NCBI GenBank assembly: GCA_963735595.1
Contig: CAVTLK010000001.1
Location: 672,001-736,000 of the forward strand
Length of the DNA: 64,000 bases
Source: an uncultured delta proteobacterium
GTDB taxonomy: Bacteria; Desulfobacterota; Zymogenia; Zymogenales; Zymogenaceae
Direction of reading: 5' to 3'
The position numbers were made by a program, and so were the translations under genes. The notes under the pieces were generated by a model that was given only the letters and a program-made list of their open reading frames with translations, had not been told where the DNA came from and did no database searches. Of this stretch, positions 19,841-33,530 are shown in pieces (within the stretch, counting starts at the first letter, position 1; every line of letters begins with the position of its first letter).

Positions 19841-20568
19841 GCGCCGAGCGCGACGATCTTCACGTCTCCGGCGGCGCCGATCTTCCCGCCGGCGATCGCC
19901 ACCGCGCCGAATACGCCCGGTATCCCGGTGATATCGGACAGTGCCGGTTCTATGTCCATTGTTTTCTTCACCCGGTTTCCCAGCGCAGTGGCGGCGGCGT
20001 CCGCGAGCGCCCCATACCCGGCCACAACCGTTGCGAGATCCGCCGTGCCCAGGCTCAGAGACCGGCCGATAAGCGCCGACGATGAACATATGCCGAGCCC
20101 TCGTTTCGCATCACCGATCTCAATGCCGACGCTCGGCCCTTCGTTTTCGGCGTACAGGGCGATCACCCGGGTATCCCCCGAAATCAGGAAGACGTCCCCG
20201 CCGTTTTCCACTATGATCTCACTCGAGGACGGCAAAAGCCTTCGGGCGACGAATTCGGCGATTGCGCCCGCCACACCGGCCATCGGCCCCACCCCCGAGA
20301 GACCCGAATCCCGGATCATCTCCTTGATGATGGGCGCGGCGTACGGGTCATCGGCGATGGGGATGAGCGATGTCTGGAATTCGGACCTGGATCGAATATA
20401 TCCTTCGACGGTGTTACGTGCGTCCATAACCGCCGAGTATGCCTCATCGGTCAGGTCGGTCTCGGCCCGAATAAGAAGGTTGGTTTCTTTGACGGTGACG
20501 GAAAACTCGACGAGATCCGCGCTCCGTGATATCGTCCGATAGGTCCGGTTTTCAAACAATCGCTGCAC
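19837..20568 (-). CDS. UPF0280 / ApbE-like family protein (start approximate)
   Basis: RTYR..KETNL, VGPMAGVAGAIAE, ENGGD, SLSLGTAD and ADAAATALGN. Confidence 0.88.
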   Translation of the reverse strand: MQRLFENRTYRTISRSADLVEFSVTVKETNLLIRAETDLTDEAYSAVMDARNTVEGYIRSRSEFQTSLIPIADDPYAAPIIKEMIRDSGLSGVGPMAGVAGAIAEFVARRLLPSSSEIIVENGGDVFLISGDTRVIALYAENEGPSVGIEIGDAKRGLGICSSSALIGRSLSLGTADLATVVAGYGALADAAATALGNRVKKTMDIEPALSDITGIPGVFGAVAIAGGKIGAAGDVKIVALGA

Positions 20569-20588
20569 TTCTGTCCCACGGCTCCCGT

Positions 20589-21294
20589 CTACTTCTTTTC
20601 CCGTCGGTGCGGAGCCTTCGCGCCTTCGCAAACGTCCGCCGGCAGGCTCTCATGTTCCTTCAGCTTCTTCTCGAGGGACCGCACTTTCTTGATCAGGAAT
20701 TGAATCGCCTCTTCCTCGGGATCGGGGAGGAGATGGTGTTCGAGGTTAACGTCCTCGTGGGGCTCACCCTCCTGCGAGAGGATAATCCGGCCGGGTACGC
20801 CGACAACGGTCGACCGGGCGGGGAGTATCCCTGACGACGACCGAGTTGGCGCCGATGCGCGTGTATGCGCCTATGATGCAGGGACCGATAATCTTGGTTC
20901 CGGCGCCCACCACCACGTGATCGGCCAGGTCCGGGTGGCGTTTTTCCTTTTTCCAGCTCTTGCCGCCGAGCGTCACCCCCTGGTAGAGGGTTACGTTGTC
21001 TCCGATAATCGAGGTCTCCCCAACGACAACGCCCATCCCGTGGTCGATGAAGAAACGCCTTCCTATCGTGGCCCCGGGATGAATCTCGATGCCGGTGATG
21101 AATCGGCCGAACTGGGAGAGGATGCGTCCGATCAGCTTAAGCCTATGGTTCCACAGGAAATGGGAAAGCCGGTAGATCAGAAGGGCGTGCAGCCCCGGGT
21201 AGCAGATGAGTATCTCCAGGGTCGTCCGGGCGGCCGGGTCCCGCTCGTAGATTACCTGAATATCCTCCTTGATCGTCCGAATGCAGCGAAACAT
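20589..21294 (-). CDS. cysE: Serine O-acetyltransferase (frameshift near 20820)
   Basis: [33 protein letters not shown]; continues [12 protein letters not shown] in another frame. Confidence 0.95.
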
Positions 21295-21395
21295 ATGTAT
21301 ATCCTTTCAGAAAATAGTCGAGGATGTGTGGAAGATCGCGCCGGCCGCGCGCTCCGATACGACACCAATCCGGACGGCGATAGCCGGATATCCTC

Positions 21396-22353
21396 CTACG
21401 AAGTAAACACTCCGATCCTTCTGAATCGTTCATAGCGGGCGCCGACAAGCCGGTCGACGGGAATCTTCATGAGCTCCGAGAGGTGCCGGTGTACGGCGCC
21501 GGCAAGCCTCTCGGCCGCGGCCGCGTGATCCCGGTGGGCGCCGCCGTGTGGCTCCGGTATTACCTCGTCGATCAGCCCGAAGGCAAGGTTATCCTGCGCG
21601 GTGGATTTGAGCGCTTCGGCGGCCTTGCGCTTCATGGTGTGGTCTTTCCAGAGTATCGACGCACATCCTTCCGGAGAAACTACCGAATAAGGTGGCATGC
21701 TCCATCATCAATAACCGATCCGCGACCGCAAGCGCCAGCGCACCGCCGCTGCCGCCCTCCCCCAGCACAACGGTGACGATCGGGGTCCTGAGCAGCGACA
21801 GGACCGCCATCGAGCGGGCAATCGCCTCAGATTGGCCCCGTTCCTCCGCCGCGACGCCGGGGTACGCCCCCGGGGTATCTACCATCGTGATAAGGGGAAG
21901 CGAAAAGCGCTCGGCCAGTTCCATCAGCCGCTGGGCCTTTCGGTAGCCTTCCGGGTGGGGCATCCCGAAGTTCCGCGTCATCCGCTCCTTCAATCCCCGC
22001 CCCTTCTGATTACCGATGACCATAACCTTTACGTCACGAAAAGTCCCGAATCCCCCCACAACGGCCGGATCGTCTGCGAAGAGCCGGTCACCCTTCAGTT
22101 CAATAAAGTCGTCAAATATCAGCGAGATGTAGTCGAGCATCTGGGGCCGCTTTTCATGCCGCGATATCTCGACCTTTTTCCAGCGATCCATCTTCGAAAA
22201 GTAGTCGAGTTCGAGCCGCTCCGCCTGGGCCTGGAGTTTCTCGAGCGACTTGCGTATGTCGGGATGCGGTTCACCCCCCGACGCGGTCTCTATCGACCGG
22301 ATCTTTCGATGCAGCTCGCGGATGCTCCGCTCAAATTTCGCTCCATTGTCCAC
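21396..22353 (-). CDS. accA: Acetyl-CoA carboxylase carboxyltransferase alpha (frameshift near 21690)
   Basis: NFGMPHPEGYRKA, DTPGAYPG, AEERGQSEAIA, GEGGSGGALA and SPEGCASILW. Confidence 0.96.
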
Positions 22354-22369
22354 CGATCGTTTCTCCCGT

Positions 22370-25300
22370 TTAAGCCAGATTTATCGATCCGTCATAAAAG
22401 AGTTGCCCTACCGCCTTGATGAACCCGTCGGTAGGGTCCACCGTGAGTTGTTCGGGAAGCGAGATCGTCACGCATCCCTCGTGCTCATTGCATATCCGCA
22501 GGAAAACCCTGGATGACCCGCGGTTTTCTTCTATCAGCCGTCTGAGGGCGGCGATCCGCTCCTCGGGGAGATCGAGGTCGTTCACCTCGATATAGACCGA
22601 TCGTGCGCCGTTTTGCGGGACCTTGCTGAGGGGGGTTATCTTCCTGACGAGCACCTTGACCGATTCCTCGCCTTTGTCGAGATTTCCTTCCATGAGTATC
22701 GGTATGTCTCCGACAAGATATTCCCGCGACTCGGCAAACGTATCCGCAAAAACGACCGTCTCGACGAGCCCCTTGGTGTCTTCCAGTGTCACGAAGGCCA
22801 TCCGGTCTCCCTTCTTGGTGATGATCTCCCTGATGGCAGCTACGATCCCGCCGATAACTACCGTTGACTTATCCTGCATCTCCCCGATCGAAACGGTATC
22901 GCAGGTGGCGATGCCCTTGAGTATGGTGAGGTATTGGTTGAGGGGGTGGCCGGTAATGTAAAACCCGAGGCTTTCCTTCTCGTTGGCCATCGTCACCTGA
23001 TCGCTCCAGTCGGCCACGTCTCGGGTAGTCCCCCTCGAAATCCGCCACGGGTCCGGTTTGCGGGTCTTTCGTCCTGATGTGATCGAAGATGCTCATCTGC
23101 CCCAGTCTCTGGTTTTCCTGGTGGGTCTGGCCATTTTCCACCGCCCGGTCCACGGCCGCCATCATCCTGGCACGGCTGCGGCCGAAGCAATCGAAGGCGC
23201 CGCATTTGATGAGGCTTTCCACTACCCGTTTGTTGACCTTCCTCAGATCGACCCTGCGCGCGAAATCGAACAGGGACGTAAAGGGGCCGCCGGTCTCTTT
23301 GGCCTCGATGATCGATTCGATGGCCGATTCCCCCACGTTCTTGACGGCCTTGAGCCCGAAGCGGATCACGTCTCCGGATACGCAGAAGTCAAGCCCGCTT
23401 TCGTTGACGTGGGGAGGAGCGGCCTCTATGCCCATGTCCCGGCACTCGCCGATGTACTTCATGATCTTGTCGGTATCGTCCATCTCCGAGGTCAGGAGGG
23501 CCGCCATGAATTCCACCGGATAGTGGGCCTTCAGGTACGCCGTCCGGTAGGCGACCATCGCGTAGGCCGCGCTGTGCGATTTGTTGAACCCGTATTCGGC
23601 GAATTCCTCCATCTGGGTGAAGATCTTCTCCGCCTTCTTGACGTCGATCCCGTTGTGGACGGCGCCGCCGACGAACTTCTCGCGTTGGCGCCCCATCTCC
23701 TCCCGTATCTTTTTACCCATGGCCCGGCGCAGCAGGTCGCTGTCGGCCGTCGTGAAATCGGCCAGTTTCATCGCCATCTGCATGACCTGCTCCTGGTAGA
23801 CCATGACGCCGTACGTGTCGGCCAGGATCTCCTTGAGCTGGGGCAGCTCGTATTTGATCGCCTTCTGGCTGTGTTTTCGTCTGATATACTCGTCGGTCAT
23901 ACCGGTATTGAGGGGGCCGGGGCGGTACAGCGCCACCAGCGCGATGATCTCTTCGAACTTCTCGGGGACGAGCCTGACCATCAAGTCCTTCATGCCGGTT
24001 CCCTCGAGCTGGAACACACCGTCGGTGTTCCCCGACTGAAAGAGCTCGTAGGTCTTTTTATCATCGAGCCTGATTCTCGATATGTCTATATCTTCGCCCC
24101 GGTTATCCTTGATCAGCCGTGTCGCGTGATCGATGACGGTCAGGGTCTTAAGGCCGAGGAAATCGAACTTGATCAGCCCGAGCTTCTCCACGCCCTTCAT
24201 ATCGAACTGGGTGACCACCTCGCCCTTCTGCCCCCTTGTCAGCGGCATATAATCCATCAGCGGGCGGTTACTGATCACCATCCCCGCGGCGTGCGTGGAG
24301 GAGTGGCGGTTGAGCCCTTCCAGCGATTTCGCAATCTCGATGAGACGGGAGACCCGCTGGTCGGATTCGACGAGCTCCCGCAGCCGGGGCTCGGCCTTGA
24401 CGGCGTCTTCCAGCATGATGTTCAGCGGCATGGTCGGGATCAGCTTGGCAATCCGGTCCACCTCGGGGTAGCTCATGTCCAGCACCCGCCCCACGTCCCG
24501 AACTACCGCCCGGGCCTGCATCTTGCCGAACGTGATGATCTGCGCGACCTGCTGCTGGCCGCCGTACTTCTCGGATACATACCGGATGACCTCATCCCGC
24601 CCGTTCCTGCAGAAGTCAATATCGATATCGGGCATCGATATCCGCTCCGGATTCAGGAACCGCTCGAAGAGGAGGTCGTAGGCCAGGGGGTCAATATCGG
24701 TAATGCCGAGGCTGTAAGCCACGAGGCTGCCGGCCGCCGATCCCCTGCCCGGCCCCACCGGGATACTGCTTTCTTTTGCGTAGTTAATGAAATCCGCAAC
24801 GATCAGGAAATAGCCGGCAAAGCCCATACTCATGATGGTGCCGACTTCTTTTTCGAGGCGATCAAGATAAAGCTGTCTGCTCCGTTCGGCGTCGTCTTTA
24901 CCCGAGAGCAGGCGGTCCGACCGGCGGTCAAAGCCGGCCCTGACCTCCCTCTCGAAGTAGGCGTTGATATCCTCTCCATCGGGAAGTCGGTATTCCGGGA
25001 ATTGAAAGGTGCCGAAGGAAAACTGAAATGAGCAGCGCTCGGCGACGGCGCAGGTATTGGCGATCGCATCGGGAATCTCGGCAAACGCCCGGGCCATCTC
25101 CTCGGGTGACTTGACGTAGAATTCGTCCGTCGTCATCCTGATACGGCCGGGGTCGCTGATGGTCTTTCCGGTCTGGATGCATAAGAGTACGTCATGGGCG
25201 GCCGCGTCCTGGCGCTTCATATAGTGGCAGTCGTTCGTGGCTACCATCGGCAGCGAGAGCTTACCGGCCATCTCGATGAGGGCGCGGTTGACCTTACGCT

Positions 25301-25853
25301 GCTCCACGATACCGTTTTCCATCAGCTCGAGGAAGAACCTGCCCTGATATATCTCGGAAAAAACACCGGCGGAAGCAAGCGCCCCCCGTTCATCTCCCTG
25401 AAGGATCTTGGAGGCAATCTCTCCCTTGAGGCAGGCCGAGAGGGCGATCAGGCCGCCGCTGTAACGGGAGAGGAGCTCCTTATCGACCCGGGGTTTGTAG
25501 TAAAAGCCCTCGAGATGGGCGTGCGTCAGGAGCCGGTTCAGGTTTCGGTACCCTTCCTCGTTCTCGACGATCAGGACAAGGTGGTTGTTCCTCTCGGCAA
25601 GCGGCCCCGTCTCGTGATCGGTGTAGGTGCCGGGGGCGACGTACACCTCGCAGCCGATGATAGGCTTGATGCCGGCCTCTTTGGCGTGGAGGAAAAAATC
25701 GAGGGCTCCGTAGAGGTTGCCGTGGTCGGTAATCGCCACCGCCGACATCTTCATCTGGCGGGTGGCGTCAAACAGGTCCTTGAGGCGAATAGCCCCGTCA
25801 AGCAGGCTGTATTGGGTGTGGAGGTGGAGATGGACGAATTGGGGGTCGGCCAT
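22370..25853 (-). CDS. dnaE: DNA polymerase III alpha subunit (one-base insertion near 23020)
   Basis: FVHLHLHTQYSLLDG, GPGRGSAAGS, PDIDIDF, YGFNKSH; C-terminal EKESLGFYITGHP plus OB fold in the second ORF. Confidence 0.98.
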
Positions 25854-25855
25854 GA

Positions 25856-27412
25856 CTACTCCCACTCTATCGTGCTCGGGGGCTTGGTCGAGACGTCATA
25901 CACGACGCGGTTGACCCCCTTCACTTCGTTGATGACGCGGGAAGCGATCCGGGCCAGGACGTCATACGGGAGCCGAACCCAGTCGGCGGTCATCCCGTCA
26001 AGGCTGTTGACAATCCGCAATGCGACAACATTGTCGTAGGTGCGCTCGTCTCCCATGACCCCTACGGTCTTGACCGGAAGCAGCACCGCAAATGCCTGCC
26101 ATATCTCGTCGTAGAGGCCGGCGGACTTGATCTCGTCTTCCACGATAACGTCGGCCTCGCGCAGCATATCACAGTGCGGTTTGGTGACGTCACCGAGGAT
26201 CCGCACGGCAAGCCCCGGTCCGGGGAAGGGATGACGGCCGATGACCTCTTCCGGCAACCCCAGTTCCCGGCCCAGCACCCGGACCTCGTCCTTGAAAAGT
26301 TCCTTGAGAGGCTCGATCAGGATGAGGTTCATGACATCGGGCAGCCCCCCGACGTTGTGGTGGCTCTTGATGGTGGCTGAAGGCCCCTTGAACGAGACGC
26401 TCTCGATTACGTCGGGATAGAGCGTCCCCTGGGCGAGGTATTTCACGCCGGGAATGGCGGCGGCTTCCTTCTCGAAAAGCTCGATAAAGAGGTTGCCGAT
26501 GATCTTGCGTTTCTTCTCGGGATCGGTCACACCGGCGAGCCGCGCGAGAAACTGCTCTTCGGCCCATAGAACGTGAAGATCCATGTGGAAATGCCCATGG
26601 AAGACCTTTTTTACCCGCTCTGCCTCTCCCGTGCGCAAGAGACCGTTGTCCACGAAGATGCAGGTGAGCCTGTCGGCTACCGCGCGGTCGATAAGGGCCG
26701 CAACTACCGAGGAATCGACCCCCCCCGAAAGGGCGCAGATCACCCGGTCGTCCCCCACGACATTCCTGATTCTGTCTATCTCCGTATCGATAAATGAGCG
26801 CATCGTCCACAGGCCCGAGAGACCCGCGACATCAAACAGGAAGTTCCTGAGTATCTCGGTCCCCCGGGGGGTATGCACCACCTCGGGATGGAACTGAACG
26901 CCGAATATCCTCTTTCCCCGATTCTCGATAGCGGCCACGAGGTCATTATCGCTTTTGGCGCAAACAGTGAAGCCCGGCGGCGCCTTCTTGATGCTGTCTC
27001 CATGGCTCATCCAGACCGCGACTTTCCCTTCGGCCTGGAAGCCGGAAAAGAGGGTGTCGTAGGACGCCGGTCTGACAACCGCCCTTCCATACTCGCGATT
27101 CCCGGACGATGCCACCTCACCGCCCAGAAGGTGGGTAATGAGCTGCATGCCATAGCATATCCCCAACACGGGTATGCCCATGTCGAGTATCTCCCGGGCA
27201 ACATGCGGAGCATTTTTATCGTAGACACTGGCAGGGCTGCCCGAAAAAACGAGCGCCCGCGGGCGAAGCTCTCTGATCTTCTCGATCGGTATCGTATAGT
27301 GGTGGATCTCGCAGTATACGTGCTGCTCCCTGATACGCCGGGCGATAAGCTGGGTATACTGTGAGCCGAAGTCGAGGATGAGGACGTTTTCCTGGTGGAT
27401 GTCGCTATGCAT
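25856..27412 (-). CDS. guaA: GMP synthase (glutamine-hydrolysing)
   Basis: [33 protein letters not shown] and KPPSTIEWE. Confidence 0.98.
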   Translation of the reverse strand: MHSDIHQENVLILDFGSQYTQLIARRIREQHVYCEIHHYTIPIEKIRELRPRALVFSGSPASVYDKNAPHVAREILDMGIPVLGICYGMQLITHLLGGEVASSGNREYGRAVVRPASYDTLFSGFQAEGKVAVWMSHGDSIKKAPPGFTVCAKSDNDLVAAIENRGKRIFGVQFHPEVVHTPRGTEILRNFLFDVAGLSGLWTMRSFIDTEIDRIRNVVGDDRVICALSGGVDSSVVAALIDRAVADRLTCIFVDNGLLRTGEAERVKKVFHGHFHMDLHVLWAEEQFLARLAGVTDPEKKRKIIGNLFIELFEKEAAAIPGVKYLAQGTLYPDVIESVSFKGPSATIKSHHNVGGLPDVMNLILIEPLKELFKDEVRVLGRELGLPEEVIGRHPFPGPGLAVRILGDVTKPHCDMLREADVIVEDEIKSAGLYDEIWQAFAVLLPVKTVGVMGDERTYDNVVALRIVNSLDGMTADWVRLPYDVLARIASRVINEVKGVNRVVYDVSTKPPSTIEWE

Positions 27413-27419
27413 CGGGAGT

Positions 27420-28883
<1,464 letters not shown>

Positions 28884-28973
28884 TTAAAGGGCGCCCCCCG
28901 GAGGATACCCATGCCTCCGCGGGGCCGGCCTGTTAAAGGTGAGACACACAACGCCCAGCGGCGTTCATATGTC

Positions 28974-29908
28974 CTATATATACGGCGATTTAATCAGTCC
29001 CTCAATAATCCCTTCGAGGATTCCCCGGTCGCTCACAATCAGGCCGCCCGCGCCGAAGCGATCCATTATCGCCCCAACGATGACCGCCCCCGCGATGATC
29101 ACGTCCTCCCGCCCCTTGCTCATAACGGGATAGCGGGCCAGCCGTTGCCAGCCGGTCATGGATATGCACTCCTTTCAGGATGGAATCGATACGGCCCCGT
29201 GTGAGGAGACGGCCTTCCACGGCGTTTGGGTCATATACATCAAGATCACGATCGATGGCCGCCAGCGTCGTTACGGTGCCGGCCGTCCCCGCGAGGCGTA
29301 ACGGCCCGGTGCCTGTTGTGAATCGATTATATACCCGATCGATCCGTTTTTCCACAAAATTCAAAAGGCGATCTATCTCTTTTGGCTGCGGCGGGTCTCC
29401 GGCCAGGAACATCTCGGTGGTTCGAACCACCCCCAGGTCGGTGCTTACAATGTCTATGACGTCACCATCCCGGGCGTGTATTAACTCGGTGCTTCCTCCT
29501 CCGATGTCGATGACGATGAGATCTCCCCGGCCCCCTCGAACCGTTGGGGCGATCCCATCCATGACCAGGCGGGCTTCCTGGGTGCCGGAGATGACGTCAA
29601 TCCCGATGCCGCATGAGCCGGCCGCCGCGACGAATTCTATGGAATTTTCGGCCTCTCTGACGGCGCTGGTTGCCACCGCCCGATAGCGTATTACGCCAAG
29701 CCGTTCCCAACGGTTTTTGAAGTCTTCCGAGTGCGTCCACTGTTCGGGCGATCGCCGCGGGCTTAAGCCTCCGCGAGGTCCCTATCCCCTCACCGAGCCG
29801 CGTAATCCGCTGGGCCCGTTCTATAACCTGAAAGCCCTCCCCCGTTTCCTTTTCGCCTACCATTAACCGGACGGTGTTTGACCCTACGTCCACCGACGCC
29901 GAACGCAT
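28974..29908 (-). CDS. ppx: Ppx/GppA family exopolyphosphatase (two frameshifts)
   Basis: DVGSNT, ATSAVREA, DIGGGSTE, GREDVIIAG and SDRGILEG across three ORFs. Confidence 0.9.
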
Positions 29909-30361
29909 CTATGTTTCCCCTCCGAGGGACTCCGTCATGAGGGGGACGTTGCCGCGGACCAGCAAAACCGTCTTGCGAAAAAGGGCCAGAATAAAAGCGA
30001 CGGCGATTTCCGGATGTTCCATGGAGAGTCGGGTCAGTCCCTCCCGCGAAAGGATCAGGGTCTGCGTATCTTCGTCGGCCCGTGCGGTAACGACCCTGGG
30101 GCCCTCGTCGATGACTGCAAGTTCACCAAAGCTGTCTCCGGGCCCCAGCCGAACCAGCCGTTTTTCCACCCCTTCGGTGACCATCTTGGTCAATGATACG
30201 TAACCCGAGTCGATAAGGAAGAGTGATTCGCCGCGCATATTTTCCACGAAGATGAGCGAATCATTCTTGAAACGCCGCATTGTCAGGTACCGGGAAAAGA
30301 CGGTCAGCATCTCATCGCTCATCTCGGATAGTAATGGGAATTTCCTGAGGGCGGCGGTCAT
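29909..30361 (-). CDS. Stand-alone cyclic-nucleotide-binding domain protein
   Basis: LGPGDSFGELAVIDEGPRVVTARA; no HTH. Confidence 0.88.
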   Translation of the reverse strand: MTAALRKFPLLSEMSDEMLTVFSRYLTMRRFKNDSLIFVENMRGESLFLIDSGYVSLTKMVTEGVEKRLVRLGPGDSFGELAVIDEGPRVVTARADEDTQTLILSREGLTRLSMEHPEIAVAFILALFRKTVLLVRGNVPLMTESLGGET

Positions 30362-30364
30362 ACT

Positions 30365-31129
30365 CTACCCCTTTTTCTCCTTGAGGGACTTGAGAATCTC
30401 CGAGAGCTTCTGACGGGTTTCATCGTAAGAAAGCAAAAGCGCCGAGAGCTCCACCTCGTGTTCGACGGCCGAATGTCGATCGAGCCGGGGCACAAGGTCC
30501 GATATCCGTTTGATCATCGACAGTACCTTTGGCGATCTTTGGGCGAGTTTACCGGCGAGGTCATTGGCTGCATCCATAACCTTTTCGGGAGGCAATACCT
30601 GCGTGACAAGACCGATCCGCTCCGCCTCTACCGCCCCGATGGGTTCTCCGGTCATAGCCAGTTGCTTGGCCTTGGCGATTCCTACTCTTCGCCAGAGGGG
30701 ATCGAAGATCGGATTGAGGCCGAACTTTACCTCGGGATGGGCGAAGATCGCCGTTTCCGAGGCTATGATGAAATCACACGCCAGAGCAAGGTTGAAACCG
30801 CCTCCCAGGGCGATACCCATCACCGCCGCCACCATCGGTTTGGGGAAATCATAGAGCGAGAGGTAGTAATCGATGATCGGCTCAAAGTAGGTCTTGTACT
30901 CGGTGGAGGAGAGTTTCGTCAGCTCGGCAAGATCGATGCCCGCGGAAAATATCTCCGGTCCTCCCGTGATGATGACGACATTTACCTTTGGGTCGTCCTT
31001 GAGCTCTCCCATGAGGTCGGACAGCTCACCGCAGAGATTCCGGGAGAGCGCGTTCATCTCCCTTGGACGATTGAGGGTGATAGTCCCTACACCGTCCCGG
31101 ACACAAAAGACTAAGTCGGTATAACCCAT
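30365..31129 (-). CDS. Enoyl-CoA hydratase/isomerase family protein
   Basis: TLNRP..NAL, FSAGIDL, ALGGGFNLALACD and HPEVKFG. Confidence 0.93.
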   Translation of the reverse strand: MGYTDLVFCVRDGVGTITLNRPREMNALSRNLCGELSDLMGELKDDPKVNVVIITGGPEIFSAGIDLAELTKLSSTEYKTYFEPIIDYYLSLYDFPKPMVAAVMGIALGGGFNLALACDFIIASETAIFAHPEVKFGLNPIFDPLWRRVGIAKAKQLAMTGEPIGAVEAERIGLVTQVLPPEKVMDAANDLAGKLAQRSPKVLSMIKRISDLVPRLDRHSAVEHEVELSALLLSYDETRQKLSEILKSLKEKKG

Positions 31130-31232
31130 GGTCGCACTTCCAGAATATCAAAGAAAACGGTAATCACGCTCACGGGATCGTTAGTACCGCCGGGCCCCGC
31201 GCCAATCCGCGGAGGCGATACGCACCCGCCCG

Positions 31233-32093
31233 CTATCGTTCGGGATGTATCAGGCCCAGAAGCGTATCGAGGTTTATCCCATCGTATATCTCGGGATTCC
31301 CCTCCTTTGGGGTTTCGATAATCTTGGGGACGCCCCGAAACCTGGTATCGTTCATAATCAAACGAAACGGGTCAAGCCCGAGCTCGCCCCATCCGATATG
31401 CTGATGACGATCCACACGGGATCCGAGCCCCTTTTTGGAGTCGTTGAGATGAAATGCCCGCAGGCGCCGTAATCCCAGCAGCCTGTCGAATTGTTCCATT
31501 GTCTTCTCGTACTCCCGCCCCGTCCTGATATCGTAACCGGCGGCAAAGGTGTGGCAGGTGTCGTAGCAGATCCCTATCCGGCTATCGACTCCCGATTTTT
31601 CGATGATTTCGGAAAGCTGTTCAAACGAATTGCCGATGCCGTTTCCCTGCCCGGCCGTCGTTTCCAGAAGAACCGTTACGGCGCCGGACTTGGAAAGGAC
31701 GTCACCAAGGGCCGCCCCGAGTTTTTCGATTCCCTCCCGTTGCCCTGTCCCGCCGTGGCTTCCGGGATGCATTACCAACAGACCGATTCCGAGGGATAGG
31801 CATCGCTCTATCTCCTGCCGCAGGCTTTCTACCGATCGCGCCGCCGTCACGTCGTTTGCCGACGCCGGGTTGATGAGGTAGTCCGTATGGGCGACGACGC
31901 TCCCGAATCCGCCGTCTTTCACGGCCTGGCGAAACTTAGCCGCCTCCCCCGGATTGATGGGTTTGCCAGCCCACTGGTTGGAGTTCTTGGTGAAGAGCTG
32001 AAACGCGCTCATCAACAGGCCGGCCGCACGTTCCGGCGCTTTCGTAACGCCGCCGGACATGGAGACATGGGCGCCCAGCAAAGGACCTTTCAC
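31233..32093 (-). CDS. nfo: Endonuclease IV
   Basis: GAHVS, HPGSH, LETTAGQG, DTCHTFAAGYD, HLNDSK, DRHQHIG and ETP. Confidence 0.96.
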   Translation of the reverse strand: MKGPLLGAHVSMSGGVTKAPERAAGLLMSAFQLFTKNSNQWAGKPINPGEAAKFRQAVKDGGFGSVVAHTDYLINPASANDVTAARSVESLRQEIERCLSLGIGLLVMHPGSHGGTGQREGIEKLGAALGDVLSKSGAVTVLLETTAGQGNGIGNSFEQLSEIIEKSGVDSRIGICYDTCHTFAAGYDIRTGREYEKTMEQFDRLLGLRRLRAFHLNDSKKGLGSRVDRHQHIGWGELGLDPFRLIMNDTRFRGVPKIIETPKEGNPEIYDGINLDTLLGLIHPER

Positions 32094-32176
32094 GACAAGG
32101 GCCCCATGCCGCGGTTCATTCCTGACGCTGATCTCACCGCATCCTCCGACCGGTTTGAATCGATAGGTCCGCCCTC

Positions 32177-32569
32177 TTAGCTTTCAGACGTGGGCTCCGC
32201 GGGTACCTCTTCCGAAGCTGCTTCCGAAGTTGCTTCCGGAGCTGCGTCCGGGGTTGCTTCCGGAGCGGGCTCCGGGGCCTGCGCCTGCTCCTGTGCCTGT
32301 GCCTTCTGGGTTTCGGCGGCTATCCGGGCTTCCTCGGCCTTCTTGTGGATCTCCTCGGCCTTTTTGGTGGCCCGCTCATGCTTTTCGACGACCCGGGCGT
32401 GCTTTGCCGCTACCGAGGCCGCGAGCGTATCGTCCTTTTTCTTCCTGCGCTGGGCCCGTTTGAGCTCTTTCTTCTTCTCGCGTAACCCCTTATCGTACTT
32501 TTCGACGGTTCCCTGTAATTTCGTGATCTCGGACTTGAGGGTATTAATCCTATTCTCGGCTTCTTTCAT
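32177..32569 (-). CDS. Hypothetical protein: Lys/Glu-rich coiled coil with an acidic Pro/Ala tail
   Basis: Fills the gap on the operon strand; GAGGAGG upstream. Confidence 0.7.
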   Translation of the reverse strand: MKEAENRINTLKSEITKLQGTVEKYDKGLREKKKELKRAQRRKKKDDTLAASVAAKHARVVEKHERATKKAEEIHKKAEEARIAAETQKAQAQEQAQAPEPAPEATPDAAPEATSEAASEEVPAEPTSES

Positions 32570-32663
32570 GGATGACTACTTATCCTCCTCTTTGGATACT
32601 ATCTGTAAAACGTTCGCTCTTCTGCGTGACAGTACGGGACCATATACCGACGGGCTCTCCGCC

Positions 32664-33530
32664 CTATTCCTCTATCTCGGGGGTAACGGAGATATAAAAG
32701 CCGCCGGTCGTGACCGATTTTGAAAAACCGGAGAGTATATCCCCGACAAGCCTTCCCGTGTCCGTCTCATTTTCGGCGATAACGACAGTCCGGCCGTCGG
32801 GAATCGAGACGGTCGTCGCGGCCTCGTAGAAAACAATCGACCCTTCCTCCTCATCGGCGAAATATGAGAAGAACGGGGAAATATCAAGATGCACCTCTGT
32901 ATCCAGGATCGTCGGGGCAAAAATGAATCCGGTCGAGACTTCACGAAAGATCACCCCTTCCCGAACGATGCCGTGATCCCTGAAGCGGATAAGGACATCA
33001 TCCGAGATCGGCACATCGGCCCCGGTTACAAACCGTCCCGATCCGCCGCTCATGACCAGCAGGTCCTGCGTCGTCACCGAGGTTTTGCCGGCCCCCACCG
33101 CCCCGCCAAACCCTCCCACGGTAAGCCCCTCCCCACCGCGTCCGTCTTCGAGGTTTCCGATCATAAACCCGCCGTCTCTGTAGCGCCACCGGACCGAGAG
33201 ATCAACCTCACGGCGATCCTGGGCCTCGTAAAAGGTGACACGCAGACGTACGTGGCGTGATGCAACGTCAAGGTGTGTAACCAACTCCCGGCACTTCTTA
33301 AGTACGGCAGGATTGTCCATTATAACGAGCGTGTTGTTTCTCTCGTCGGCAATCACCGTGCCCTCGGGAGAAAGGAGCGACCTGACCGCTTCCACCAACT
33401 CTACCGCCGGTCGGTGATTGACCTTGATTACGGCATAATCGGCCGCAAAAAGCGCCGCGCCCGACAGTACCGCTGTAAGCACCACCGCCGCGAAAACCCG
33501 GCCCGTCCTCGAATTCAAGAACACCCTCAC
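32664..33530 (-). CDS. Exported protein with NolW-like secretin N-domain and a reduced secretin-like beta domain
   Basis: Signal peptide; VRSLLSPEGTVIADERNNTLVIMD..LDVASRHV; ATTVSIPDGRTVVI. Confidence 0.7.
   Translation of the reverse strand: MRVFLNSRTGRVFAAVVLTAVLSGAALFAADYAVIKVNHRPAVELVEAVRSLLSPEGTVIADERNNTLVIMDNPAVLKKCRELVTHLDVASRHVRLRVTFYEAQDRREVDLSVRWRYRDGGFMIGNLEDGRGGEGLTVGGFGGAVGAGKTSVTTQDLLVMSGGSGRFVTGADVPISDDVLIRFRDHGIVREGVIFREVSTGFIFAPTILDTEVHLDISPFFSYFADEEEGSIVFYEAATTVSIPDGRTVVIAENETDTGRLVGDILSGFSKSVTTGGFYISVTPEIEE

Noticed and set aside
14606..25031. Long antisense ORFs (e.g. 14606-16171, 23058-25031; also 54476-55786, 59999-60949)
   Set aside because: Shadow ORFs opposite well-supported genes, expected from GC-rich codon bias.
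22370..25865. dnaE as two ORFs (split gene, intein or programmed frameshift)
   Set aside because: Removing one A in CCG-A-GAC restores YPDVADW. There are no intein motifs or slippery site, and similar indels occur throughout the window.
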